Shown here: one piece after another, positions 1-9,936 of the stretch
Numbering within the stretch: the stretch's first letter is position 1
Layout of the letters: every line of letters starts with the position of its first letter
DNA from: Verrucomicrobiota bacterium
GTDB taxonomy: Bacteria; Verrucomicrobiota; Verrucomicrobiia; Limisphaerales; Palsa-1400
DNA length: 64,000 bases
Assembly: GCA_049510745.1 (NCBI GenBank)
Contig: JBEKYR010000012.1
Coordinates: 88,267 to 152,266, forward strand
Reading direction: 5' to 3'
The notes under the pieces: model-generated
Databases searched by the model: none
Seen by the model: the letters and a program-made list of their open reading frames with translations, nothing else
Told to the model about the DNA's origin: nothing
Made by a program: the position numbers and the translations under genes

Positions 1-210
1 GATGATTGTAGCTGTTGAGATCAAGTCGAGATCATGCATCTTGTGGCAATTAGGGCAGAGGATGACTAGGTTTGATGCTGCGCTATTGGCTCGATTTCCG
101 TCAATGTGGGCCACTTCCAGAACGTCTTTAATTCCGAATCCGCAATGAGCGCACAAGGCGGGATAGGTTGCGAAGGCCAACTTGCGGTAATTGACGCGCT
201 TGGCACTCAC
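1..210 (-). CDS. HNH endonuclease (partial, runs off left edge; not in ORF track)
   Basis: Manual translation from GTG at 210: MSAKRVNYRKLAFATYPALCAHCGFGIKDVLEVAHIDGNRANSAASNLVILCPNCHKMHDLD..., i.e. the CxxC...H...N...LCxxCH..H zinc/HNH signature. Confidence 0.8.
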   Translation of the reverse strand, partial: MSAKRVNYRKLAFATYPALCAHCGFGIKDVLEVAHIDGNRANSAASNLVILCPNCHKMHDLDLISTATII

Positions 211-239
211 GTTACTTGGAGAATTTGTATATTCATAAG

Positions 240-1094
240 TCATTGACTAGTATTATGTTGTGAACGTTTATCCTCTTGCTCTCTGAGTTTACTGCAATCT
301 TCTTCCCATTGTTTCTCGGCTTGCCGCGACTTTTCGAACGCTTCGTCTATTTCTTTGTAAATATCGGCGATAACTCTCTCGTATGCTTGCGTTCTAGCCA
401 CTCCAAGTTGATTGTTTTCGGCGTTAAGTTTTTTGCAAATTCGTTCCGTGAAGTGATTCGGGAATGGCATGGTGCGTTTTCGACCACGCTCTACAACCGC
501 AACGCTGACAGGGCCACCGCAAAAAGCGTCAATGCCCTTGACGTGCTCAATTGTATCTATCGCCAAAGTCAGCCCTGTTTGCCATGTCATGCGGCTGGCG
601 TCTATTTGACTGAGAAAGAACTTCGATATTCTAGAGGCAATTCCAATCGCCGCAAATCGGGAACACGGCTGGGCTTGGGCCGTGATTGAGTCAATGGTAT
701 AAAGATAGGCTTTATACCTGTAAAAATGGGCGATCATCAATTGAAAAAAATTCTCGTCTCGTTCAAATAAAGCCCGCTGCCGATCTTCTGGCATGTCTGG
801 AAGATTATATAAGCCCAACACATTACGATGGAAATTTTTGATTGATTTTTGTGCTAAATTTACCGCTGCCCATTCGCTATCTAGGGATTTGCCATTAGCC
901 TCTCTTTTAATGTCATCAATAACCCGGAAGGCAGGCGCAATTCCACCACAGAATGCAATCAAAGCCCCATTATCTTCAAAATCAATGCTGTATATTTTCA
1001 ACGCATCGAGTTCTTTCATGCTGCCAGCGGTCGCTTGACTCTCTCCCGCCATGACAACCGTATCTTTACAGATGACACCCACAATCTGGCTCAT
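240..1094 (-). CDS. Proteasome beta-subunit-like Ntn-hydrolase with N-terminal Ser
   Basis: ATG at 1094 preceded by GGAGG. MSQIVGVICKDTVVMAGESQAT...KIY, FAAIG and DAFCGG align by eye with beta-subunit motifs TTxVGI..D.VV.A(D/E).R.T, K33, AIGSG and DxxSGG. Confidence 0.7.
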   Translation of the reverse strand: MSQIVGVICKDTVVMAGESQATAGSMKELDALKIYSIDFEDNGALIAFCGGIAPAFRVIDDIKREANGKSLDSEWAAVNLAQKSIKNFHRNVLGLYNLPDMPEDRQRALFERDENFFQLMIAHFYRYKAYLYTIDSITAQAQPCSRFAAIGIASRISKFFLSQIDASRMTWQTGLTLAIDTIEHVKGIDAFCGGPVSVAVVERGRKRTMPFPNHFTERICKKLNAENNQLGVARTQAYERVIADIYKEIDEAFEKSRQAEKQWEEDCSKLREQEDKRSQHNTSQ

Positions 1095-1326
1095 TGGCAC
1101 CCTCCATTTCTTAAAAAAGGGCGGCGGCTTTGGTTGCGGAAACCTGTAAGGAGTGAATGGACGTTTTTAACGGAGTCATTCATACCGCCAATGGTAAACG
1201 CTGGAATCGCTGCGACAAGACTGAATATCTGATAGCGGGGCATTATTCATCGCAACACACTAATCCGCAGCGACTTCCGCAGAGGTAACGTTGTATATAA
1301 TTCCCCTAATTTGAATTGCGGTTAGC

Positions 1327-1782
1327 TCATGCTTCAGGCTGCCATTCCGTTTCCGCAAATATGGTGTAAAGAAGACTCTGCCCGCTGTCTATTGCCATCC
1401 CTTCCAGCCGGGAGGAGATAACCACATTGAGAAACCTGCTCAGAGCGAAAGGGGTGTGTCGCTCATCGACGGAGATGATTTGCGCCAACTTGTTCGCAGA
1501 AAGGCAAGCCAGAATGCGGTAATACTCCTCTAATGCAGGCGCATCCGCGAGCGCCTGTGGATGGGCGAACACTTCGCTGGGTACGAAGTCAAGGAGTTGC
1601 GCGGTCTGGCGAGCCAGATTGGAAATGCAAAGTTCATCCCAATCCCAAACAAGGTTTCTCCACATTGCGCGCTGGGCTATCTCTCGCAGTTGCTCAAACC
1701 GGGATGCTTGGATGCAGTGCCAGAAACTGCGAGACCGCGCCAGGAATTGCTCCTGGAGCGCAGAGGTAATGTCTTGAGTCAT
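1327..1782 (-). CDS. Hypothetical 151-aa protein, translationally coupled to trpA; weak resemblance to the N-terminal part of XcyI-family restriction endonucleases
   Basis: ATGA overlap with trpA stop; segment EVFAHPQALADAPALEEYYRILACLS. Confidence 0.45.
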   Translation of the reverse strand: MTQDITSALQEQFLARSRSFWHCIQASRFEQLREIAQRAMWRNLVWDWDELCISNLARQTAQLLDFVPSEVFAHPQALADAPALEEYYRILACLSANKLAQIISVDERHTPFALSRFLNVVISSRLEGMAIDSGQSLLYTIFAETEWQPEA

Positions 1783-2594
1783 ATCTCTTCTGCTGGAATG
1801 CCTTTCACCGCTCTGGCCAGCCCAGCGGCGAAGCCGCTGACGCGGGCGGGCAGATCGGTGTCGCGGCCATGCAGGGCGATTTGGTTGACGATGGCGCTGC
1901 CCACGACCACTGCGTCGGCGTTTTCCGCCACCTGGCGCGCTTGTTCGGGGGTGGAAATGCCAAAGCCGACGGCCACGGGCAAGCTGGTGTGGGCGCGGAT
2001 TTTGGCGGTCATCTCGCCGATGGTTTCGGAAACTTTCTTTTGCATCCCGGTGACGCCCTCGCGGGAGACGTAGTAGATAAAGCCGGCGCCGCGCCGGACG
2101 ATGAGTTCGATGCGGGAGTCGGGCGTGGTGGGCGCGACCAGGTAGATGGCGCAAAGGCCCGCCCTGGTCATGAGCGCCTCGTAATTCTCCGATTCCTCCG
2201 GCGGCAAATCGAGCACCAGCAGGCCGTCCACGCCGGCGGCGGCGGCGGCGGCCACGAATTTCTCCAAGCCGTGGCGGTGGATGAGGTTGAAATAGATGTA
2301 GAGAACGATGGGGATTTGGGAATCGCGGCGGATGGCGGCGACGGTTTGCAGGACTTTGACGGGCGTAGTGCCCGACTCCAGCCCGCGTTGGGCCGCCAAC
2401 TGGTTGACCAGGCCGTCGGCGAGGGGATCGCTGAAGGGCACGCCCAGTTCGAGAACATCGACGCCGGCTTGATCGAGGGCCAGGGCCAGGCGGCGGGTCA
2501 TTTCGAGGTTGGGATCGCCCGCGCCGATATAGACAATGAACCCTTTTTGTCCGTCTCTCTTCAGCCGCGCAAATCGTTCTGCGATGCGGTTCAT
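1779..2594 (-). CDS. trpA: Tryptophan synthase alpha subunit
   Basis: MNRIAERF start; LELGVPFSDPLADG, YYVSREGVTG and VVVGSAIV motifs. Confidence 0.97.
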   Translation of the reverse strand: MNRIAERFARLKRDGQKGFIVYIGAGDPNLEMTRRLALALDQAGVDVLELGVPFSDPLADGLVNQLAAQRGLESGTTPVKVLQTVAAIRRDSQIPIVLYIYFNLIHRHGLEKFVAAAAAAGVDGLLVLDLPPEESENYEALMTRAGLCAIYLVAPTTPDSRIELIVRRGAGFIYYVSREGVTGMQKKVSETIGEMTAKIRAHTSLPVAVGFGISTPEQARQVAENADAVVVGSAIVNQIALHGRDTDLPARVSGFAAGLARAVKGIPAEEI

Positions 2595-2643
2595 CGGAGG
2601 TAAAAAGGTGGGCGGTGGCTGCGGCCAGCCCGGCGGCGAGGCC

Positions 2644-3057
2644 TTAGTGGTGGCGGCGGCGGCGTTTGACGGTGATCTGGGCCAGGGAATTGGCCAGGGC
2701 GGCGTGGACGGTCGCGGCCTCTTCGTCATCGAGTTGGTCGGCCAGGCGGGCTTCGGCCCGGCGCCGGGCTTCCTCGGCTTTGGTTTCGTCAATTTGCTCG
2801 GCCGGGATGGCCATGTCGGTCAACACCGCCACGTGGTCGCCCGTGATTTCGACAAAGCCGTCGCCGACGGCGAGGTAGAATTCCTGCCCGTCCTTGCGCA
2901 CGACGATTTCGCCGGCGACCAATTGAGTCATCAAGGGGACGTGGTTGGGATAAACGCCCATCTCGCCTTCCGCGCCCGGCAAGGTGACCATCTCGACTTG
3001 ATCGGAGAAGGCCTGGGAGTCGGGCGTGACGATTTCAAGCTGGAGTGTGTTCGCCAT
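2644..3057 (-). CDS. atpC: F1Fo ATP synthase epsilon subunit
   Basis: LEIVTPD...LPGAEGEMGVYPNHVP...VGDGFVEI; directly follows atpD. Confidence 0.97.
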   Translation of the reverse strand: MANTLQLEIVTPDSQAFSDQVEMVTLPGAEGEMGVYPNHVPLMTQLVAGEIVVRKDGQEFYLAVGDGFVEITGDHVAVLTDMAIPAEQIDETKAEEARRRAEARLADQLDDEEAATVHAALANSLAQITVKRRRRHH

Positions 3058-4527
<1,470 letters not shown>

Positions 4528-4593
4528 TCAAGGGCGCATTGCGTAACTTTGCGCTTTGAATTTGGGCCGGTTGCCGCCATTTTGGCGGTTGAC

Positions 4594-5382
4594 ATGAAGA
4601 AACTATTTCGCACCGCTCTCCTGGCGCTGGCGGCGGCCGCGGTGACGGGTTGCGCGTCCAAGACCAGGGTGCCTTACCACGCGGGCGATGAGGCCCCGCC
4701 CGATTTTCTGGCGGGTCCGGTGGCGGTCTTGCTCACGAACTTCGAGGGCTTTAGCGCCAGTCTGACCGCGTCGCTGCCCCGGCGCACCGGCGAGCAACGC
4801 TTCGTTTCCGGCGACCTGCTGGAACGGGAAGGGCGGCTGATCTTCCAGCCCTCGACCGCCGTCAAGGGCAAACGCAAGCGCAGCGAAGGGGGGATGTTTT
4901 TCATCTGGCACGAGGACAGGAACGCGGGTTTTGTCTTGAGCGATCCGTTGCAGGCCTACGCGCAGATCGCGTGCAGCGTCCAGGTGACCAACCTGGTCTG
5001 GAAAACCAGCGGCGCGGTCGCGGAGGCGGCGGGCGGGCATCCGTGCCGGCGGGTCGAGGCCGTGGTCGAGTCCAGCGACGGTTTGTCGGCGCGGTATCTG
5101 GTCTGGCAGGCGGAGGACGCCAAATGGTTTCCGGTGCGGATTGCGTCGGCGGACGGGGTGCGGGGGTTGACGCTGGATTTCACCAATATCCGGCTGGAAC
5201 TGCCGCCGCCGGAACTATTCTATCCGCCGGACGGCTTTACCAAGTATGAATCTCCCACTGCCTTGATGAACGAACTGATCGTGCGCCAAAGCACGTACGT
5301 GAAGGGGTCGGGCGGGGAGAGGGAAGGAGAACCGGTGCCGGCGGTCGGTCCCGCAAACTGGCGTCCGGGCCAAGCCCGCTAG
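4594..5382 (+). CDS. Hypothetical lipoprotein (LolA/DUF4412-like fold possible)
   Basis: MKKLFRTALLALAAAAVTGC lipobox; C-terminal LFYPPDGFTKY motif. Confidence 0.6.
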   Translation: MKKLFRTALLALAAAAVTGCASKTRVPYHAGDEAPPDFLAGPVAVLLTNFEGFSASLTASLPRRTGEQRFVSGDLLEREGRLIFQPSTAVKGKRKRSEGGMFFIWHEDRNAGFVLSDPLQAYAQIACSVQVTNLVWKTSGAVAEAAGGHPCRRVEAVVESSDGLSARYLVWQAEDAKWFPVRIASADGVRGLTLDFTNIRLELPPPELFYPPDGFTKYESPTALMNELIVRQSTYVKGSGGEREGEPVPAVGPANWRPGQAR

Positions 5383-5458
5383 TGATGCCGGGGGAGTAAT
5401 TCAATGAATCAATTCCCGGCGTCCTGTGTCTAAGCAATACTGAAAAGCTGACTCAACT

Positions 5459-6796
5459 ATGCCAACCAACCAGCCGCCCACTGGGCCGCCTTTACCTCAA
5501 GCCAACCCCTCGTCCCGCCCAGCTCCGGAAACTTCCGCGGCGCCGAAGCCGCGCCGTGGCTTTGGGTTTGTCATCATCGTTGTGGCTGTGCTCTGCGTGG
5601 CCGGCCTGGTTTGGCTGGTCAAATACCGCCAGGCCGAAGCGGCAGCCAAAACGAGCGCCCGCGGGCGGGCCGATATGGCCATTCCCGTCACCGCCGGACG
5701 GGTGACGCGCAAGGATGTGCCCATTTACCTGGATGGCCTGGGGACGGCCCAGGCGTATAACACCGTGACGGTCAAGACGCGTGTCGATGGCCAATTGGTG
5801 CGGGTGGCGTTTACGGAGGGGCAGGACGTGCATCCGGGGGACTTGCTGGCGCAGATCGATCCACGTCCGTTCAAGGCGGCGCTGGAACAGGCGCAAGCGA
5901 AGAAGAAACAAGATGAAGCGCAATTGGCCAACGCCAAAGTGGATTTGCAGCGCGATCAGGACCTGGTCAAAGACAAGATTGTGACCGAGCAGGCGCTGGC
6001 GACCCAACAGTCGCTGGTCGATCAATTGGAGGGAACCGTCCAGGCCGACCAAGCCGGCATCGACAGCGCCCAGGTGCAACTGGATTACACGACCATCAGC
6101 TCGCCGCTGGAGGGCCGGTGCGGCGTGCGCCTGGTTGATCAGGGCAACATCGTTCATGCCACCGACACCAACGGCTTGGTGGTCATCACCCAATTGCGTC
6201 CCATTTTTGTCGTGTTCACCCTGCCGGAGCAAGATGTTGGCATCATCTCCCGCCAAATGGCCCAAGGCCCGGTCACTGTTCTGGCCCTGGATCACGACAA
6301 CAAAACGGTCCTGGACACGGGAACGGTGGCGGTGATGGACAACCAGATTGACACCACGACGGGCACGATCAAACTCAAGGCGGCGTTTCCCAACCAGGAC
6401 CTGCGCCTTTGCCCCGGCCAATTCGTCAATCCGCGCGTCCTGGTCGAAAAGACCAACGGATTGGTCGTGCCCGAAAACGTCATTCAGCGCGGTCCCGAGG
6501 GCGAGTACGTCTTCACCATCGTCGGGCAGGGAAGCAATCTGACAGTGAAATTGACGCCGGTGACAGTGGGACGGATGCAAGACGACTGGGCGTTGGTCGC
6601 AAAAGGACTGACCAACGGGCAGGAAGTGGTGGTGGACGGGCAATACCGATTGGAAGACGGATCGAAAGTCAATGTCCAGGATGCCGAGCATCCTGCCGGT
6701 TCGGCGGGCGATCTGGGGCACGGCACCCGGCGCGGGAGCGGCGGCGGAACCAACCACCCGCCGGCCAATCACCCGCCCAAAGAATCCGGCGCGTGA
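5459..6796 (+). CDS. mdtA: RND efflux periplasmic adaptor, MdtA family
   Basis: N-terminal TM; GLGTAQAYNTVTVKTRVDGQL and DNQIDTTTGTIKLKA. Confidence 0.9.
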   Translation: MPTNQPPTGPPLPQANPSSRPAPETSAAPKPRRGFGFVIIVVAVLCVAGLVWLVKYRQAEAAAKTSARGRADMAIPVTAGRVTRKDVPIYLDGLGTAQAYNTVTVKTRVDGQLVRVAFTEGQDVHPGDLLAQIDPRPFKAALEQAQAKKKQDEAQLANAKVDLQRDQDLVKDKIVTEQALATQQSLVDQLEGTVQADQAGIDSAQVQLDYTTISSPLEGRCGVRLVDQGNIVHATDTNGLVVITQLRPIFVVFTLPEQDVGIISRQMAQGPVTVLALDHDNKTVLDTGTVAVMDNQIDTTTGTIKLKAAFPNQDLRLCPGQFVNPRVLVEKTNGLVVPENVIQRGPEGEYVFTIVGQGSNLTVKLTPVTVGRMQDDWALVAKGLTNGQEVVVDGQYRLEDGSKVNVQDAEHPAGSAGDLGHGTRRGSGGGTNHPPANHPPKESGA

Positions 6797-9700
6797 GCAT
6801 TTCCGAGCCATTCATCCGCCGACCGATCGCCACGTCGCTGCTCATGGCGGGGGTGCTTCTGATGGGATTCCTGGGCTATGAACTGTTGCCGATCTCGGCC
6901 CTGCCCCCGGTTGATTTCCCCACCATCCAGATCGTGGCGCAATATCCCGGCGCCAGCCCGGACGTCATGGCCTCGTCGGTCACCACGCCGTTGGAGCGGC
7001 AATTCGGCCAGATCAGCGGGCTTTCGCAGATGACTTCCATCAGTTCGTTCGGCACGACGACCATCACCCTCCAGTTCACGCTGGATCGGAACATAGATTC
7101 CGCCGCCCAAGACGTGCAGGCGGCCATCAACGCGGCCAGCGGCGTGCTGCCCACCGGCATGCCCAACCCGCCGATCTTTAACAAAGTCAACCCCGCCGAC
7201 ACCCCAATCCTGACCCTCCAACTGACGTCCAAGGAACTCCCGCTGGCCAAAGTCAACGACCTGGCCGACACGGTTCTGGCCCAAAAATTGAGCGAAGTCA
7301 CCGGCGTGGGGCTGGTCACCATCGAGGGCAATCAGAAACCGGCCGTTCGAGTGCGGATCAATCCGGCGGTCCTCGCCACTCTGGGACTGGGGATGGAAGA
7401 CGTGCGCAGCGCCCTGATGTTGAACAACATCAATCTGCCCAAAGGCAGTTTCGACGGCCGCCAGCAGGCCTATGCCATCGGCGCCAACGACCAGCTTTTC
7501 TCCGCCGCCGATTTCGGCAACGTCATCGTCAAAGTGGTCAACGGAGCGCCGATCCGCCTCAAGGACATCGGCGAGGTGGTGGACGACGTGGAGAACGTGC
7601 ATCTCGCGGGATGGGTCAACAATAAGTCTGCCGTGATCGTGGACATCCAGCGCCAGCCCGGGGCCAACATCATCCAGACGGCCGACCGGGTCAAGGCCTT
7701 GCTGCCCCGGCTGCGCACGAGCATCCCGCCCTCCATCAACATCAAGGTCTTCAGCGATCGCACCGAGATGATCCGCGCGTCGATTCACGACGTTCAGTTT
7801 ACGCTCCTCCTCACGATCGGGCTGGTGGTCATGGTCATCTTCCTGTTTCTACGCACCCTCTGGGCGACGGTGATTACGAGCGTGGCGCTGCCTCTGGCCA
7901 TCGTCGGCACCTTCGGCCTGATGTACCTGATGGGATTCAGCCTGGACAATCTTTCGCTCATGGCGCTGACCATCTCGACCGGCTTCGTGGTGGACGATGC
8001 GATAGTCATGATCGAAAACATCGTCCGCTTCATCGAAGGGGGAGAGCCGCCCATGATCGCCGCGCTCAAAGGAGCCAAGCAGATCGGTTTCACCGTCGTC
8101 TCCCTGAGCCTTTCGCTCATCGGCGTCTTCATTCCATTGATATTCATGTCGGGCATTGTCGGGCGTCTGTTTCGTGAATTCGCCATCACGATGAGCGCGG
8201 CCGTGGTGGTCTCAATGATAGTCTCGCTGACGCTCACGCCGATGATGTGTTCGCGGCTCCTGCGCCCGGAAAATGAAAGCCATCATGGAGGCCTGTGGCA
8301 TTGGTCGGAGAGATTTTTCCGGGGATTTCTCGCGCTCTACGAACGGGGCCTGAAGTGGGTTCTGGCCCACCAACCACTCACCCTCATGGTCGCCGTGGCC
8401 ACTCTTATCGGCACGATCTGGCTGTATGTCATGATCCCCAAGGGGCTTCTGCCCTTGCAGGACACGGGCATGATCATCGGCGTGACCGATGCCGCCCAGT
8501 CGATTTCGTTTCGGGCCATGGTCGAACGGCAGCGGCGGGTGGCGGAAGTAGCGGCGCAAGACCGGGACGTTGCCAGCGTGGCGTCGTTTGTCGGCGCCGG
8601 AACGGTCAATCCAACCGCCAACTCCGGGCGCCTTTACATCAGCCTTAAACCCCGCGATCAACGCAAATCCGGTGTGGCCGAGGTGATAGACCGGTTGCGC
8701 GAAGCGACGCGCTCGCTCCAGGGGATTTCCCTCTTCATGCAGGCCGTGCAGGATGTCCAGATAGACAGCCGTGTCAGCCGCACGCAATACCAATACACGC
8801 TGCAGGACGCCGACGAGCAGGAACTGGGCGAATGGGCGCCGCGCCTCGTGGCCGCCTTGTCCGCCAGGCCGGAGTTGGCCGACGTGGCCAGCGATCAACA
8901 GTCCAGGGGCTTTGGACTCAACGTGGAAGTAGATCGCGACAAAGCCTCCCAGTTGAACATCATGCCCCAGGCGATTGACGACGTGCTCTACGACGCCTTC
9001 GGCCAGCGGCAGGTCACGATCATTTTCACCCAACTCAACCAGTACCGGGTCATCCTGGAAGCCGAACCGCATTTCCAACTCAACCCCGCCGCGCTGGATA
9101 AAATCTACGTCAAGTCCACCACCGGGCAGATGGTGCCGTTGGGCGCGTTTGCCTCGGTCACCACCCAGACGGTCCCGCTGGTCATATTGCACGAAGGCCA
9201 GTTCCCGGCCGTGACCCTCTCCTTCAACCTGGGAGCGGACAGTTCGCTTGACGCGGCCGTCAAGGCCATCGCCGCGGCTGAAAAGGACATTAAATTGCCC
9301 GAAACCATAGCTACGAGTTTTTCCGGCAGCGCCGCGGAATTCCGCTCTTCCCTGAAAACCGAACCGCTTCTTATCCTGGCGGCCGTCATTGTCATCTACA
9401 TCATTCTCGGCGTCCTCTACGAGAGCTACATTCATCCGATCACCATTCTTTCGAGCCTGCCTTCCGCCGGAGTGGGCGCGTTGCTCGCCTTGATGCTCTT
9501 CCACATCGAACTGTCCCTGGTTTCCCTCATCGGCATCATCCTGCTCATCGGCATCGTCCAGAAAAACGCCATTATGATGATTGACTTCGCCCTGGACGCC
9601 GAGCGGGAGGAGCATTTGCCGCCCGAACAATCCATTTACAAGGCCTGCAAGCTGCGCTTCCGTCCGATTATGATGACGACTATGGCCGCCCTCTTGGGCG

Positions 9701-9936
9701 CCCTGCCCCTGGCCCTGCAAAACGGCAACGGCTCCGAGCTGCGCCGTCCCCTGGGCGTGGCCATCGTCGGCGGCCTGCTGGTCTCCCAATGCCTGACACT
9801 TTACACGACGCCGGTGATCTACCTTTACATGGGAAGACTCAGCCATTGGGCCAAACGCTGGCGCGCAGCCGCCGGACTGGAAGAAGTTGAACCGGTGCGA
9901 GGCGCAGGGAAAGAGGCGCCGGCCTCCGTGGCATGA
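6793..9936 (+). CDS. mdtB: RND efflux permease, MdtB family
   Basis: GTG start overlapping mdtA stop; FIRRPIAT, VVDDAIVMIENI, RFRPIMMTT. Confidence 0.92.
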   Translation: MSISEPFIRRPIATSLLMAGVLLMGFLGYELLPISALPPVDFPTIQIVAQYPGASPDVMASSVTTPLERQFGQISGLSQMTSISSFGTTTITLQFTLDRNIDSAAQDVQAAINAASGVLPTGMPNPPIFNKVNPADTPILTLQLTSKELPLAKVNDLADTVLAQKLSEVTGVGLVTIEGNQKPAVRVRINPAVLATLGLGMEDVRSALMLNNINLPKGSFDGRQQAYAIGANDQLFSAADFGNVIVKVVNGAPIRLKDIGEVVDDVENVHLAGWVNNKSAVIVDIQRQPGANIIQTADRVKALLPRLRTSIPPSINIKVFSDRTEMIRASIHDVQFTLLLTIGLVVMVIFLFLRTLWATVITSVALPLAIVGTFGLMYLMGFSLDNLSLMALTISTGFVVDDAIVMIENIVRFIEGGEPPMIAALKGAKQIGFTVVSLSLSLIGVFIPLIFMSGIVGRLFREFAITMSAAVVVSMIVSLTLTPMMCSRLLRPENESHHGGLWHWSERFFRGFLALYERGLKWVLAHQPLTLMVAVATLIGTIWLYVMIPKGLLPLQDTGMIIGVTDAAQSISFRAMVERQRRVAEVAAQDRDVASVASFVGAGTVNPTANSGRLYISLKPRDQRKSGVAEVIDRLREATRSLQGISLFMQAVQDVQIDSRVSRTQYQYTLQDADEQELGEWAPRLVAALSARPELADVASDQQSRGFGLNVEVDRDKASQLNIMPQAIDDVLYDAFGQRQVTIIFTQLNQYRVILEAEPHFQLNPAALDKIYVKSTTGQMVPLGAFASVTTQTVPLVILHEGQFPAVTLSFNLGADSSLDAAVKAIAAAEKDIKLPETIATSFSGSAAEFRSSLKTEPLLILAAVIVIYIILGVLYESYIHPITILSSLPSAGVGALLALMLFHIELSLVSLIGIILLIGIVQKNAIMMIDFALDAEREEHLPPEQSIYKACKLRFRPIMMTTMAALLGALPLALQNGNGSELRRPLGVAIVGGLLVSQCLTLYTTPVIYLYMGRLSHWAKRWRAAAGLEEVEPVRGAGKEAPASVA

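Noticed and set aside
1230..1326. Integron attI/attC or dif site at the edge of the low-GC patch (GTAAC, GTTAGC, TGTATATAAT)
   Set aside because: I could not build a convincing attC hairpin or 11-6-11 dif alignment, and no integrase is in view.
6409..6792. N-terminal extension of mdtB given by the ORF track (similar over-extensions for trpA, tal, ptsH, the LptA-like gene and the ECF sigma)
   Set aside because: They overlap upstream genes or repeats; internal starts match family N-termini and coupled stop/start overlaps.
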